A DNA stretch of 10,858 bases from a virus (taxonomy: Duplodnaviria; Heunggongvirae; Uroviricota; Caudoviricetes): IMG/VR virus record IMGVR_UViG_2711768001_000007. The stretch is one strand, 5' to 3'. Position numbers and translations under genes: made by a program. Shown here piece by piece: positions 1-7,023 of this stretch. Numbering within the stretch: position 1 is the first letter of the stretch; each line of letters starts with the position of its first letter. The notes beneath the pieces were generated by a model that saw nothing but the letters and a program-made list of their open reading frames with translations, had not been told where the DNA came from and made no database searches.

Positions 1-70
1 ATGATAGTTATTTATCATCTAGTGTTCGCGGGTGTTCGTGGTAGTGTTTTGTGTGCATTCATCGCTATGA
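1..70. repeat. Left terminal direct repeat, 70 bp, identical to 10789-10858; putative att core (attL side)
   Basis: Base-by-base comparison shows 1-70 and 10789-10858 are identical. It lies directly next to the integrase and clustered short repeats. It does not look like a tRNA 3' end. Confidence 0.8.
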
Positions 71-90
71 TTATAAAGGAAAATTTTGTT

Positions 91-164
91 TTCCTTGTTC
101 GCTCTTGTTCGTCACGGTTTGCCCTTGTACGATGCACGGTGTAGTCAATGGTGTAGTTAATTTT
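91..164. promoter_or_regulatory. Putative integrase arm-type sites: two 10-bp-phased TTGTTCG decamers (96-115) and tandem 12-mers GGTGTAGTCAAT/GGTGTAGTTAAT (138-161)
   Basis: Same motifs recur at the right end (10661-10717) in the same orientation, and TGTTCG decamers also sit inside the terminal repeat (22-41). Function is inferred from position near the att repeat and int. Confidence 0.4.
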
Positions 165-184
165 GATGACCGGAAACGCGAAAC

Positions 185-1423
185 ATGAGCAGCGCAATTC
201 ATAGACTTAGCGACACTCTTTTACGAAAATTAAGCGGATCACCAACCACAAAAAACGCCTTTTTTAATGACGGTGGCAATCTTAGCGTAAGACATTCCAC
301 CAGCGGCCTGTTAACCTGGTATTTCACTTACAGGGCCGGAACTGGCAGGCAGGTATCACCGGAACGCCTGAGACTGGGCAACTATCCCGATCTGAGCCTG
401 AAAGCAGCCAGGGAAAAAGCGGCACAGTGTCGCGCCTGGCTGGCGGAGGGGAAAAATCCACGCCATGAGCTTAATCACACAGTGCAGGAAGCGTTAGCCC
501 CTGTGACGGTTAAGGACGCGCTCACTTACTGGCTTGAGTCGTATGCGAAGGAAAAGCGCACTGACCACGAATCACTGAAAAGCCGTATCAATAAGCACAT
601 AATCAGCCAGATTGGTGCTATGCCGCTGGATAAATGCGAGCTACGCCACTGGCTGGCCTGTTTTGACCAGCTTGCTAAGCGTAATCCGGTATCAGCCGGC
701 TTTTTGTTGCAGGTATGCAAACAGGCGCTTAAGTACTGCCGTAAACGTCGCTACGCCGTCAGTAACGTTCTTGATGATATGGTCGTAGGTGATGTGGGAA
801 AAAAAGCAGAAATAAGCGAGCGAGTGCTAACAAACAAGGAGCTTGGCGAGCTACTCCGCGCACTGGATGAAAAAATTTTCCCGCCGTACTACAGCGCTTT
901 AATTCGCCTTCTGATTGTCTTCGGATGCCGTACCACTGAGCTAAGACGCTCCGAGGTTCGGGAATGGGATTTTAAAGAAATGCTCTGGACTGTGCCGAAA
1001 GAACACAGCAAAACGAAGGTAGCAATATTCAGGCCAATACCGGAAGCGATCTTGCCGTTCGTCATGAAGCTGGTGGAGCAGAACAGGCACACGGGCTTAT
1101 TGCTTGGAGAACTGAAAGGGCAATCATCCGTAGCAGAGTACGGAAGAACGGCACACAGACGCATTAATCAAACCCCCTGGTCGTTGCACGACATCCGGCA
1201 CACATTTACAACCATGCTGAACGATTTAGGCGTGGATCCGCATATTGTCGAACAGCTTACTGCCCACCAGATGCCAGGAATGCAACGCGTCTATAACCAC
1301 TCCCGTTATCTCGATGCAAAGCGTGACGCTCTTAATCTATGGGTAGACCGTCTCGAGCTTCTCCAGAACAATGATGAAAAAATCGTTGTTATGACCCCGC
1401 GAATTTACCCCCAAAATTCTTGA
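185..1423 (+). CDS. int: Site-specific tyrosine integrase, P4-like family
   Basis: 412-aa ORF. N-terminal region has the P4-integrase-like pattern (LSDTLL...FNDGGNLSVRHSTSGLLTWYFTYRAGTGRQ). C-terminal catalytic region carries GCRTTELRR (Arg), HDIRHTF (His-x-x-Arg) and RVYNHSRY (His, Tyr nucleophile). Confidence 0.9.
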   Translation: MSSAIHRLSDTLLRKLSGSPTTKNAFFNDGGNLSVRHSTSGLLTWYFTYRAGTGRQVSPERLRLGNYPDLSLKAAREKAAQCRAWLAEGKNPRHELNHTVQEALAPVTVKDALTYWLESYAKEKRTDHESLKSRINKHIISQIGAMPLDKCELRHWLACFDQLAKRNPVSAGFLLQVCKQALKYCRKRRYAVSNVLDDMVVGDVGKKAEISERVLTNKELGELLRALDEKIFPPYYSALIRLLIVFGCRTTELRRSEVREWDFKEMLWTVPKEHSKTKVAIFRPIPEAILPFVMKLVEQNRHTGLLLGELKGQSSVAEYGRTAHRRINQTPWSLHDIRHTFTTMLNDLGVDPHIVEQLTAHQMPGMQRVYNHSRYLDAKRDALNLWVDRLELLQNNDEKIVVMTPRIYPQNS

Positions 1424-1462
1424 CAAATTACGGCTGTTTTTTCTTTAAGAGATTACAGCCGT
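1420..1462 (+). promoter_or_regulatory. Inverted repeat ACGGCTGT/ACAGCCGT (1430-1437 / 1455-1462) with an overlapping TTGACA (1420-1425) at the int stop codon; possible operator or weak promoter
   Basis: Read directly from the sequence. No convincing -10 at proper spacing, so function is uncertain. Confidence 0.25.
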
Positions 1463-1842
1463 GAATAGATCTTAGAATATCGGGGAATATCTGCAAATAT
1501 CTTCTCTTTATATGTGTCAACTATCGAAAAAAATTGAAATGTCTTCTTCTGAGTTCTTATTCTCTGTTTCTTGATTGTTCCAACACCTGATGGTTTATCT
1601 ATTTGTTTTTAATGAGGTAATTCAGGTGACATGCCAAATGACGACATTTTTTGTTGCGTCGCTTAAAAACTCGTGACACGATTTTAAACACTAACGAGCT
1701 TCTACGAACCTTAGCGAACAAAGCCTTTAGTATGGTTGTGTTTTTAATTTAAGAGGTGAAAAAGAATCTAAGTAATATCCGATCTCATATATCTACAGCT
1801 AAGAGAAAAGTTTATATACGTAATTTTTATGTAGGTTTTTGT

Positions 1843-2052
1843 ATGCGTGAAATAAATGAAGATCGCGTAATCCGTGAGGATGAATGTCGTAAGTTAACTG
1901 GAGTGTGTCGCACTACACGCTACGAACTGGAGAAAAAAGGGAGCTTTCCGTCTCGCCGTAATCTTGGTGGGCGTTCTGTAGGTTGGCTGCTGTCCGAGGT
2001 TATGGAATGGGTTAAAAGCCGGGATCGCATTAATTCAGGTAAGGCAGCGTAA
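1843..2052 (+). CDS. alpA: AlpA-family (prophage CP4-57 regulatory protein-like) HTH regulator/excisionase
   Basis: 70-aa product from ATG 1843 (RBS-like TAGGT upstream). C-terminal GGRSVGWLLSEVMEWV matches the AlpA pattern (GVKSVGWIEAEIDEWL in E. coli AlpA, from memory). The track ORF begins at GTG 1756, but the N-terminal extension looks non-coding. Confidence 0.7.
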   Translation: MREINEDRVIREDECRKLTGVCRTTRYELEKKGSFPSRRNLGGRSVGWLLSEVMEWVKSRDRINSGKAA

Positions 2053-2166
2053 AGGGGAGCATATGACATATAAAACAAAGACGACCGGGGGCGGTCGCCA
2101 ATGGATACACACTAAACTTGAACGCATCACCAACAATGCCACATTTGCGGCTGGTGGGCAATGTGA

Positions 2167-2340
2167 TCAGTCAGATTTGGTTCGTTCCAAGGTTTGCAAC
2201 GAGAGCTTTTTCCTGTGCTCTTTAAGGAATTTCTCAAGAGCAAAAGCACATGGCGCGAATCTTTCTGATTCATGCTCTATCTTTCTGCGCCGTCTTTTCC
2301 GTGCCGGTGATAATGTTTTGGTCAATTCTTTATCGGTCAT
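2167..2340 (-). CDS. Small basic hypothetical protein (57 aa from Met-6; 62 aa if started at 2355)
   Basis: Minus-strand ORF 57 bp downstream of the RHH gene. AGGA lies 7 nt upstream of the ATG at 2340. Lys/Arg-rich (RKRRRRK). No recognised family. Confidence 0.4.
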   Translation of the reverse strand: MTDKELTKTLSPARKRRRRKIEHESERFAPCAFALEKFLKEHRKKLSLQTLERTKSD

Positions 2341-2397
2341 TGTGTTGTCCTGCATAGCAATGCGCCGTAGTTACTCACACCACGGCGCTGATAGTGA

Positions 2398-2595
2398 TTA
2401 TTCTGATTCTTTGGCCTTCCGGCGCTGTTCATATTTTAATTTGCGTCCACAGGCATCTAAGACCCATGCGGAAAAATTAGCACTAGGATTAGTTAATTTT
2501 TCTTGTTCAACGCTGGCATCAATCCCATCTATAAGCTCATGTGGGAATCGAATATTTTTCTTTGCTGATTTGTTGTTTGTGTTACCGCTAGACAT
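2398..2595 (-). CDS. Ribbon-helix-helix (Arc/MetJ/CopG-like) DNA-binding protein; candidate element repressor
   Basis: 65-aa ORF with strong RBS (GAGGTG 6 nt upstream). Segment IRFPHELIDGIDASVEQEKL...SANFSAWVLDA follows the P22 Arc pattern (FNLRWPREVLDLVRKVAEENGRSVNSEIYQRVMES, from memory). Sits divergently from an operator-bearing promoter region. Confidence 0.6.
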   Translation of the reverse strand: MSSGNTNNKSAKKNIRFPHELIDGIDASVEQEKLTNPSANFSAWVLDACGRKLKYEQRRKAKESE

Positions 2596-2622
2596 TGATG
2601 CACCTCACTTAAATGGACTTTA

Positions 2623-2702
2623 TGGGCGCACACAATACAGCAAAAAAAATGAGATGTTAAGTATTGACATGTGCGCACACATGATTTTAATCTGTGCGCA
2701 CA
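2623..2702. promoter_or_regulatory. Divergent promoter/operator region: TGGGCGCACA (2623-2632), TGTGCGCACA (2670-2679), TGTGCGCACA (2693-2702); rightward promoter -35 TTGACA 2664-2669 / -10 TTTAAT 2686-2691; leftward promoter -35 TGTTAA(rc) 2655-2660 / -10 ACAATA(rc) 2632-2637
   Basis: Two perfect 10-bp palindromes spaced 23 bp centre to centre, plus a 9/10 third copy 47 bp away. They overlap back-to-back sigma70-like hexamers with 16-17 bp spacers. Confidence 0.55.
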
Positions 2703-2800
2703 GTTTGAGTTTTGTCACTCAAATTAAGCAACGCCCCGCAGTGCTCGCAACACATGCAGGGCGTCTAACCACCAACGATAGCAAGAGTATCGAGGTAGCT

Positions 2801-3004
2801 ATGAGAAATCATACCACACACCCGCAAGGGCGGGACTCGCACAACCTGAATAAATATATCTGGCGTTTTATCGCCCTGAGCACGGCACAACCGCGCGTGA
2901 TTACCATTGAGGCCAGCAGCGAACAGGAAGCACGCCAGCAATCCCCGGCTGGCTGCGTGATGGTATTCGCCGCCCGTATTCGTCAGGGGGGGTACCATGC
3001 CTGA
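2801..3004 (+). CDS. Hypothetical small protein (68 aa), first ORF of the rightward early operon
   Basis: ATG 2801 preceded by GAGGT (2792-2796). In frame with the 3' end of the long track ORF 2063-3004. End overlaps the next ORF start. Low confidence. Confidence 0.3.
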   Translation: MRNHTTHPQGRDSHNLNKYIWRFIALSTAQPRVITIEASSEQEARQQSPAGCVMVFAARIRQGGYHA

Positions 3005-3317
3005 TATGTCAAATTACCAGTACCTGATTAATCCGCATTTTAACTGTGAGCATGATATTGCTAAAAAGGTTTATTCCGCTGCGGATGGGGCTACTGACAA
3101 TATATCAATGGCTGTTGCGTCAATTGGTAGCCTGATGTGGCATGCGTCAGAAAATGAGGACTATGACGAAAAGGCCATGCGCATTGATATGGGTAATATC
3201 GGTTTGTTACTGGCAATGCTTGGACATTTTGATATTTCGTTACGGTGCACCATTGAAAATGCCACAGATGCATTAAATGCTATAAAGAAAGCGAATACTG
3301 ATTCAAATCGGGGATAA
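2997..3317 (+). CDS. Hypothetical protein (106 aa)
   Basis: ORF with G-rich RBS (GGGGGGG) upstream; codirectional with the replication gene. No recognised motif. Confidence 0.45.
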   Translation: MPDMSNYQYLINPHFNCEHDIAKKVYSAADGATDNISMAVASIGSLMWHASENEDYDEKAMRIDMGNIGLLLAMLGHFDISLRCTIENATDALNAIKKANTDSNRG

Positions 3318-3323
3318 ATAATC

Positions 3324-3623
3324 ATGAGAACGTATTTATCTGGCTTGACTGCCAGCGGTTATGCACACCCCCAAATTATCCCCGGCGCTATTTATCTGGA
3401 TAAGAACGGTAACAGAGTAACGGTAAAAGAACTGATGTTTGACCGTGTGTATTTTATCCGTGATGGCTATTCATTTCTTAGTTCGCTGAACGTGGAGATC
3501 TTTATTTGCAGATTCCGGCGGGAAATCCCGACTTCCAGAAATAACCATGTGTCACGTGTGGATGTGGATAAAAAACTACAGGAACTGAAAAACATGATTG
3601 CCGCGTGGAGAGAGCAGAAATGA
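3324..3623 (+). CDS. Hypothetical protein (99 aa), translationally coupled to the replication gene
   Basis: ORF whose stop overlaps the rep start (ATGA at 3620-3623). No recognised motif. Confidence 0.5.
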   Translation: MRTYLSGLTASGYAHPQIIPGAIYLDKNGNRVTVKELMFDRVYFIRDGYSFLSSLNVEIFICRFRREIPTSRNNHVSRVDVDKKLQELKNMIAAWREQK

Positions 3624-5437
3624 AAAAAGCGCCAAATTTAAAACACCAGCCGCGTGACAAAATGACGGAAGTCATCATTTTTGCGGGTAGTGATGCGTGG
3701 GCACATGCGAAGCAGTGGCAGGAACAGGACGGGCGACTGGCTGGCGATAACGTGCCACCTGTCTGGCTTGGAGAGCAACAACTTGCCGAACTGGACAACC
3801 TGCAAATCGTACCGGATGGACGCTATCGCGTGCGTCTCTACCAGGCGGGGTTATTGCGTCCGGGGCTTGTTAATACCATCGGGCAGAAACTGGCAGCGGC
3901 AGGTGTCAGGGATGCTGATTATTACCCTGAAGGAATGCACAGCCAGAAACGGGAGAACTGGCGCGAATATCTGGAACGTGAGCGGGGAGAGCTGACGGAA
4001 AAGAAAAAGGTAGTTGAACTGCCTGTAAAGAAAAAAGAGCGGGTAAAAGACGATAACGCTTCATCACTGGCGCTTAACCAGATGGGAGCAAGTCAACGCG
4101 GCGAAGTTCTCCTGGCACATTATGGCGGTGAACTGGCGATTCATGCCGACTCTGACACTGTTCACCATTACAACGGCGTTGTATGGGAGCCAGTACAGGA
4201 TAAAGAATTACAGCGAGCTATGGCGCAGATTTTCATTGATGCGGAGATCAGCTATTCGCAGAACGCCATTAAATCGGCGGTCGATACCATGAAGTTAAGT
4301 TTGCCTGTAATGGGGAATACAGCCCGTAACCTGATTGGATTCAGTAACGGGGTATTTGATACCAGAACAGGTAATTTTCGGCAGCATAACAAAAACGACT
4401 GGTTGTTAATTGCCAGTGAATTACCTTTCAGCCCACCAGCAGAGGGGGAAACGCTGGCAACACATGCGCCGAATTTCTGGAAGTGGTTACGCCGTTCGGT
4501 GGCTGAGAATGACCGCAAGGCGGATCGCGTACTGGCTGCATTATTCATGGTGCTGGCGAACCGGTACGACTGGCAGTTATTCATTGAGGTAACAGGTCCA
4601 GGGGGAAGTGGTAAAAGCGTGATGGCGGAGATTTGCACCATGCTGGCGGGTAAGGCTAATACAGTATCAGCGAGCATGAAGGCGCTGGAAGATGCAAGGG
4701 AACGCGCGTTAGTGGTTGGCTTTTCGCTGATTATCATGCCGGATATGACCCGCTACGCTGGTGATGGGGCGGGAATTAAGGCTATTACAGGCGGTGACAA
4801 GGTGGCAATCGACCCAAAACATAAAGCCCCATATTCAACGCGTATCCCGGCAGTAGTGCTGGCGGTTAACAATAACGCTATGTCATTCAGTGACCGCAGT
4901 GGGGGGATCTCGCGCCGTCGGGTGATATTCAATTTTTCGGAAGTTGTACCGGAGAACGAACGCGATTCAATGCTGGCGGAAAAAATAGAAGGTGAGCTGG
5001 CGGTAGTGATTCGTCATCTGCTTACACGGTTTGCTGACCAGGACGAAGCCAGACGCCTTTTATATGAGCAGCAGAAATCAGAAGAAGCACTCGCGATAAA
5101 GCGTGAAGGTGATTCGCTGGTGGACTTCTGCGGCTATCTCATGGCGTCGGTAATGTGTGATGGCCTGTTAGTGGGTAATGCTGAAATTGTGCCATTCAGC
5201 CCGCGCAGGTATCTCTATCATGCCTATCTGGCTTATATGAAGGCACATGGGTTTGGTAAACCTGTAACACTGACGCGCTTCGGTAAAGATATGCCGGGGG
5301 CAATGGCGGAATATGGCAGGGAGTATATGAAACGGAAAACGAAGCACGGTTTGCGTTCAAACGTGACACTGACGGAGGAATCAGAAGACTGGATGCCATC
5401 ATGTGTATCGGTCACTAATGACGATAGCAAAAATTAA
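3620..5437 (+). CDS. Replication initiator: D5_N-like region plus SF3-type P-loop helicase (P4-family primase C-terminal-like)
   Basis: Walker A GPGGSGKS and Walker B-like LIIMPDM. D5_N-like segment IGFSNGVFDTRTGNFRQH...LPFSP. Start taken at ATG 3620 (GGAGAG RBS) rather than GTG 3605. Iteron array begins 14 nt after the stop. Confidence 0.85.
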   Translation: MKKAPNLKHQPRDKMTEVIIFAGSDAWAHAKQWQEQDGRLAGDNVPPVWLGEQQLAELDNLQIVPDGRYRVRLYQAGLLRPGLVNTIGQKLAAAGVRDADYYPEGMHSQKRENWREYLERERGELTEKKKVVELPVKKKERVKDDNASSLALNQMGASQRGEVLLAHYGGELAIHADSDTVHHYNGVVWEPVQDKELQRAMAQIFIDAEISYSQNAIKSAVDTMKLSLPVMGNTARNLIGFSNGVFDTRTGNFRQHNKNDWLLIASELPFSPPAEGETLATHAPNFWKWLRRSVAENDRKADRVLAALFMVLANRYDWQLFIEVTGPGGSGKSVMAEICTMLAGKANTVSASMKALEDARERALVVGFSLIIMPDMTRYAGDGAGIKAITGGDKVAIDPKHKAPYSTRIPAVVLAVNNNAMSFSDRSGGISRRRVIFNFSEVVPENERDSMLAEKIEGELAVVIRHLLTRFADQDEARRLLYEQQKSEEALAIKREGDSLVDFCGYLMASVMCDGLLVGNAEIVPFSPRRYLYHAYLAYMKAHGFGKPVTLTRFGKDMPGAMAEYGREYMKRKTKHGLRSNVTLTEESEDWMPSCVSVTNDDSKN

Positions 5438-5450
5438 ACTTATGGAATAA

Positions 5451-5673
5451 CTGTTCACCACTGTTCACCCTGTTATAAATATCTTTTATATCAGTATATT
5501 ATAGGGTGAACAGTTATTTATGAACTGTTCACCAAACTATTCACTGTTCACCTTTTTGATTGTTTATTGAGCTTCAAGGGTGAACAGTGGTGAACAGTTG
5601 GTGAATAGTTTTTGTGAAACTGTTCACCCCTTAACATTATGAATTAAAAGATAAAATATCAAAAGGTGAACAG
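5451..5673. repeat. Iteron-type replication origin: about 9-10 copies of GGTGAACAG / CTGTTCACC in both orientations within AT-rich DNA
   Basis: Copies at 5451-5459, 5461-5469, 5505-5513, 5525-5533, 5544-5552, 5579-5587, 5589-5597, 5600-5608 (degenerate), 5620-5628, 5665-5673. The core matches the TGTTCACC type I iteron of the P4 ori/crr as I recall it. Confidence 0.8.
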
Positions 5674-5724
5674 GTGAAGGGTTAAAACGCAAAAATTTTA
5701 ATTTACTGCTGTGAGATAAAGCCT

Positions 5725-5970
5725 ATGACAGCGAAGCACATAAAAAAATCACAATCGCACGCCCTTGATTTGACGGAACACTGGTTAAGGGTGTCGATAA
5801 AAATCATCGACCGCAACGCCGGGGAAGGATATGCGAAAGCACATCCCGAACTGATTAGCGCATTCATGACAACGGCAGCTGCAAACTTTGCCACGCTGAC
5901 AGAACGGGAGATTGCCGAAGCGGAACAGGTGACAACCATCAACGTTAAAACCGGAGAGCAGACAGCATGA
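5725..5970 (+). CDS. Hypothetical protein (81 aa), translationally coupled to the SSB-like gene
   Basis: ORF with ATGA overlap to the next gene (5967-5970). No recognised motif. Confidence 0.45.
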   Translation: MTAKHIKKSQSHALDLTEHWLRVSIKIIDRNAGEGYAKAHPELISAFMTTAAANFATLTEREIAEAEQVTTINVKTGEQTA

Positions 5971-6389
5971 CAGCACAGATAGCGGCTTACGGGCGGCTGG
6001 TGGCTGACCCGCAGTTAAAGACCACCAGCAAGGGTACACAAATGACGATGGCGAGTATGGCGGTCCCACTTCCGTGCAGCCAGGCAGATGACGGAACGGC
6101 GACGATGTGGTTATCCGTCCTGGCGTTTGGCAGACAGGCCGAAGCACTGGCAAAGCACCGCAAGGGTGAACTCCTGAGCGTGGCGGGTAACATGCAGGTG
6201 AGCCAGTGGACCGGACAGAACGGGGAGACGCGGCAGGGCTGGCAGGTTATCGCAGACAGCGTAATCAGTGCGAGAACGGCGCGACCGGGCGGCAAAAAAG
6301 GCCAACAGGGGCAGGCTACTGATGCACTGAGCAGAGCAAAACAACAGGCGGGAAATGATGATCCGTACGGGGATAACATACCGTTTTAA
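5967..6389 (+). CDS. ssb: Single-stranded DNA-binding protein homolog (OB fold) with C-terminal acidic ...DNIPF tip
   Basis: 140-aa product aligns by eye with E. coli SSB: LSVLAFGRQAE vs HRVVLFGKLAE, VSQWTGQNGETRQ vs RTRKWTDQSGQDR, and C-terminal DDPYGDNIPF vs DFDDDIPF. Confidence 0.75.
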   Translation: MTAQIAAYGRLVADPQLKTTSKGTQMTMASMAVPLPCSQADDGTATMWLSVLAFGRQAEALAKHRKGELLSVAGNMQVSQWTGQNGETRQGWQVIADSVISARTARPGGKKGQQGQATDALSRAKQQAGNDDPYGDNIPF

Positions 6390-6403
6390 GCAACGAGTAA
6401 CAG

Positions 6404-6428
6404 AAGCCGGAGCAATCCGGCTTTTTTA
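6404..6428 (+). terminator. Rho-independent terminator-like hairpin after the SSB-like gene
   Basis: Stem AGCCGG (6405-6410) / CCGGCT (6417-6422), 6-nt loop, then T-run 6422-6427. Confidence 0.6.
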
Positions 6429-6497
6429 TGGGTCCTCCCGGTGTAGTGACCTGCCACGGGGCGGGAGCGTCGCGGAAAAAGGCTGGTTTTTGCATTT
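6429..6497 (+). repeat. Conserved ~70-bp element, copy 1 (about 92% identical to 8964-9035)
   Basis: GGGTCCTCCCGGTG...CCACGGGGCGGGAGCG.CGCGGAAAAAGGCT.GTTTTTGCATTTTCA. Internal dyad CTCCCG/CGGGAG and GGTG/CCAC. Differences between copies cluster in the putative loop. Confidence 0.7.
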
Positions 6498-6688
6498 TCA
6501 TGGCGGCGGCAGCATGTGTAGTAATTTATTGATAATTAAAAGTTATTTCTGTTTTCACCTGTACAATATTTTTTTCTCCCTGTCATTAGACCAGTTTGCA
6601 ATTAATTGAAATATATAAATAAATCTGTTTTTCACCTGCCAGGTGGAGTTGCCTGTGTCAAAACGTGTTCAGATGGCGGGATATTTAT

Positions 6689-6711
6689 GCCGGATTTTAT
6701 CCGGCTTTTTT
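6689..6711 (+). terminator. Rho-independent terminator-like hairpin in the AT-rich region before the capsid operon
   Basis: Stem GCCGGAT (6689-6695) / ATCCGGC (6699-6705), then 6 T. A 13-bp palindrome CACCTGcCAGGTG lies upstream at 6633-6645. Confidence 0.5.
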
Positions 6712-6813
6712 GTGTCTGAATCTCATTAATCTATTTTTATGATAGAAATATGTTTATCTACCACTTTTATCGATCAATAATGTGCACAGTTTAGTCAGTA
6801 AGAGGAAGTTACT

Positions 6814-7023
6814 GTGAGTTGTATTAATGACCTGAACACGGGCGATATCAGGGGTGGTTCCGTTCATCTGGATGCGCAGACCGTTATGCGCCTTAAGCAG
6901 TACAGGATCGACCATATAAATCATCATCCTGACCAACCATTACCAGGTGTGGCGCAGATTGTCAGACATGCCGTAAACACCTGGCTTAATCAGAATGGTT
7001 TTGCATCGGTGGGGGAACAATGA
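6814..7023 (+). CDS. Hypothetical small protein (69 aa), possibly RHH-like, translationally coupled to the protease-capsid gene
   Basis: GTG start 6814 with strong RBS AAGAGGA (6800-6806). Stop overlaps capsid start (ATGA 7020-7023). RHH assignment is a guess from a beta-strand then two-helix pattern. Confidence 0.45.
   Translation: MSCINDLNTGDIRGGSVHLDAQTVMRLKQYRIDHINHHPDQPLPGVAQIVRHAVNTWLNQNGFASVGEQ

Noticed and set aside
15-197. Minus-strand 60-aa ORF overlapping the left repeat and int start
   Set aside because: Overlaps att and arm repeats, no RBS, unconvincing composition.
2063-3004. Long + strand ORF (313 aa) in the track
   Set aside because: Low-complexity Ser/Cys/Leu-rich translation with no RBS, antisense to two well-formed minus-strand ORFs that have good RBSs. 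Only its 3' portion (2801-3004) was kept, as a low-confidence small ORF.
1424-5437. P4 sid/psu/delta or ogr-type zinc-finger late activator
   Set aside because: No small ORF has the CxxC...CxxC pattern and no Sid/Psu-like proteins were recognised.
5451-5673. Possible CRISPR array, given the many short repeats
   Set aside because: Repeats are only 9 bp, occur in both orientations with irregular AT-rich spacing, and sit right after a rep gene; this is an iteron origin.
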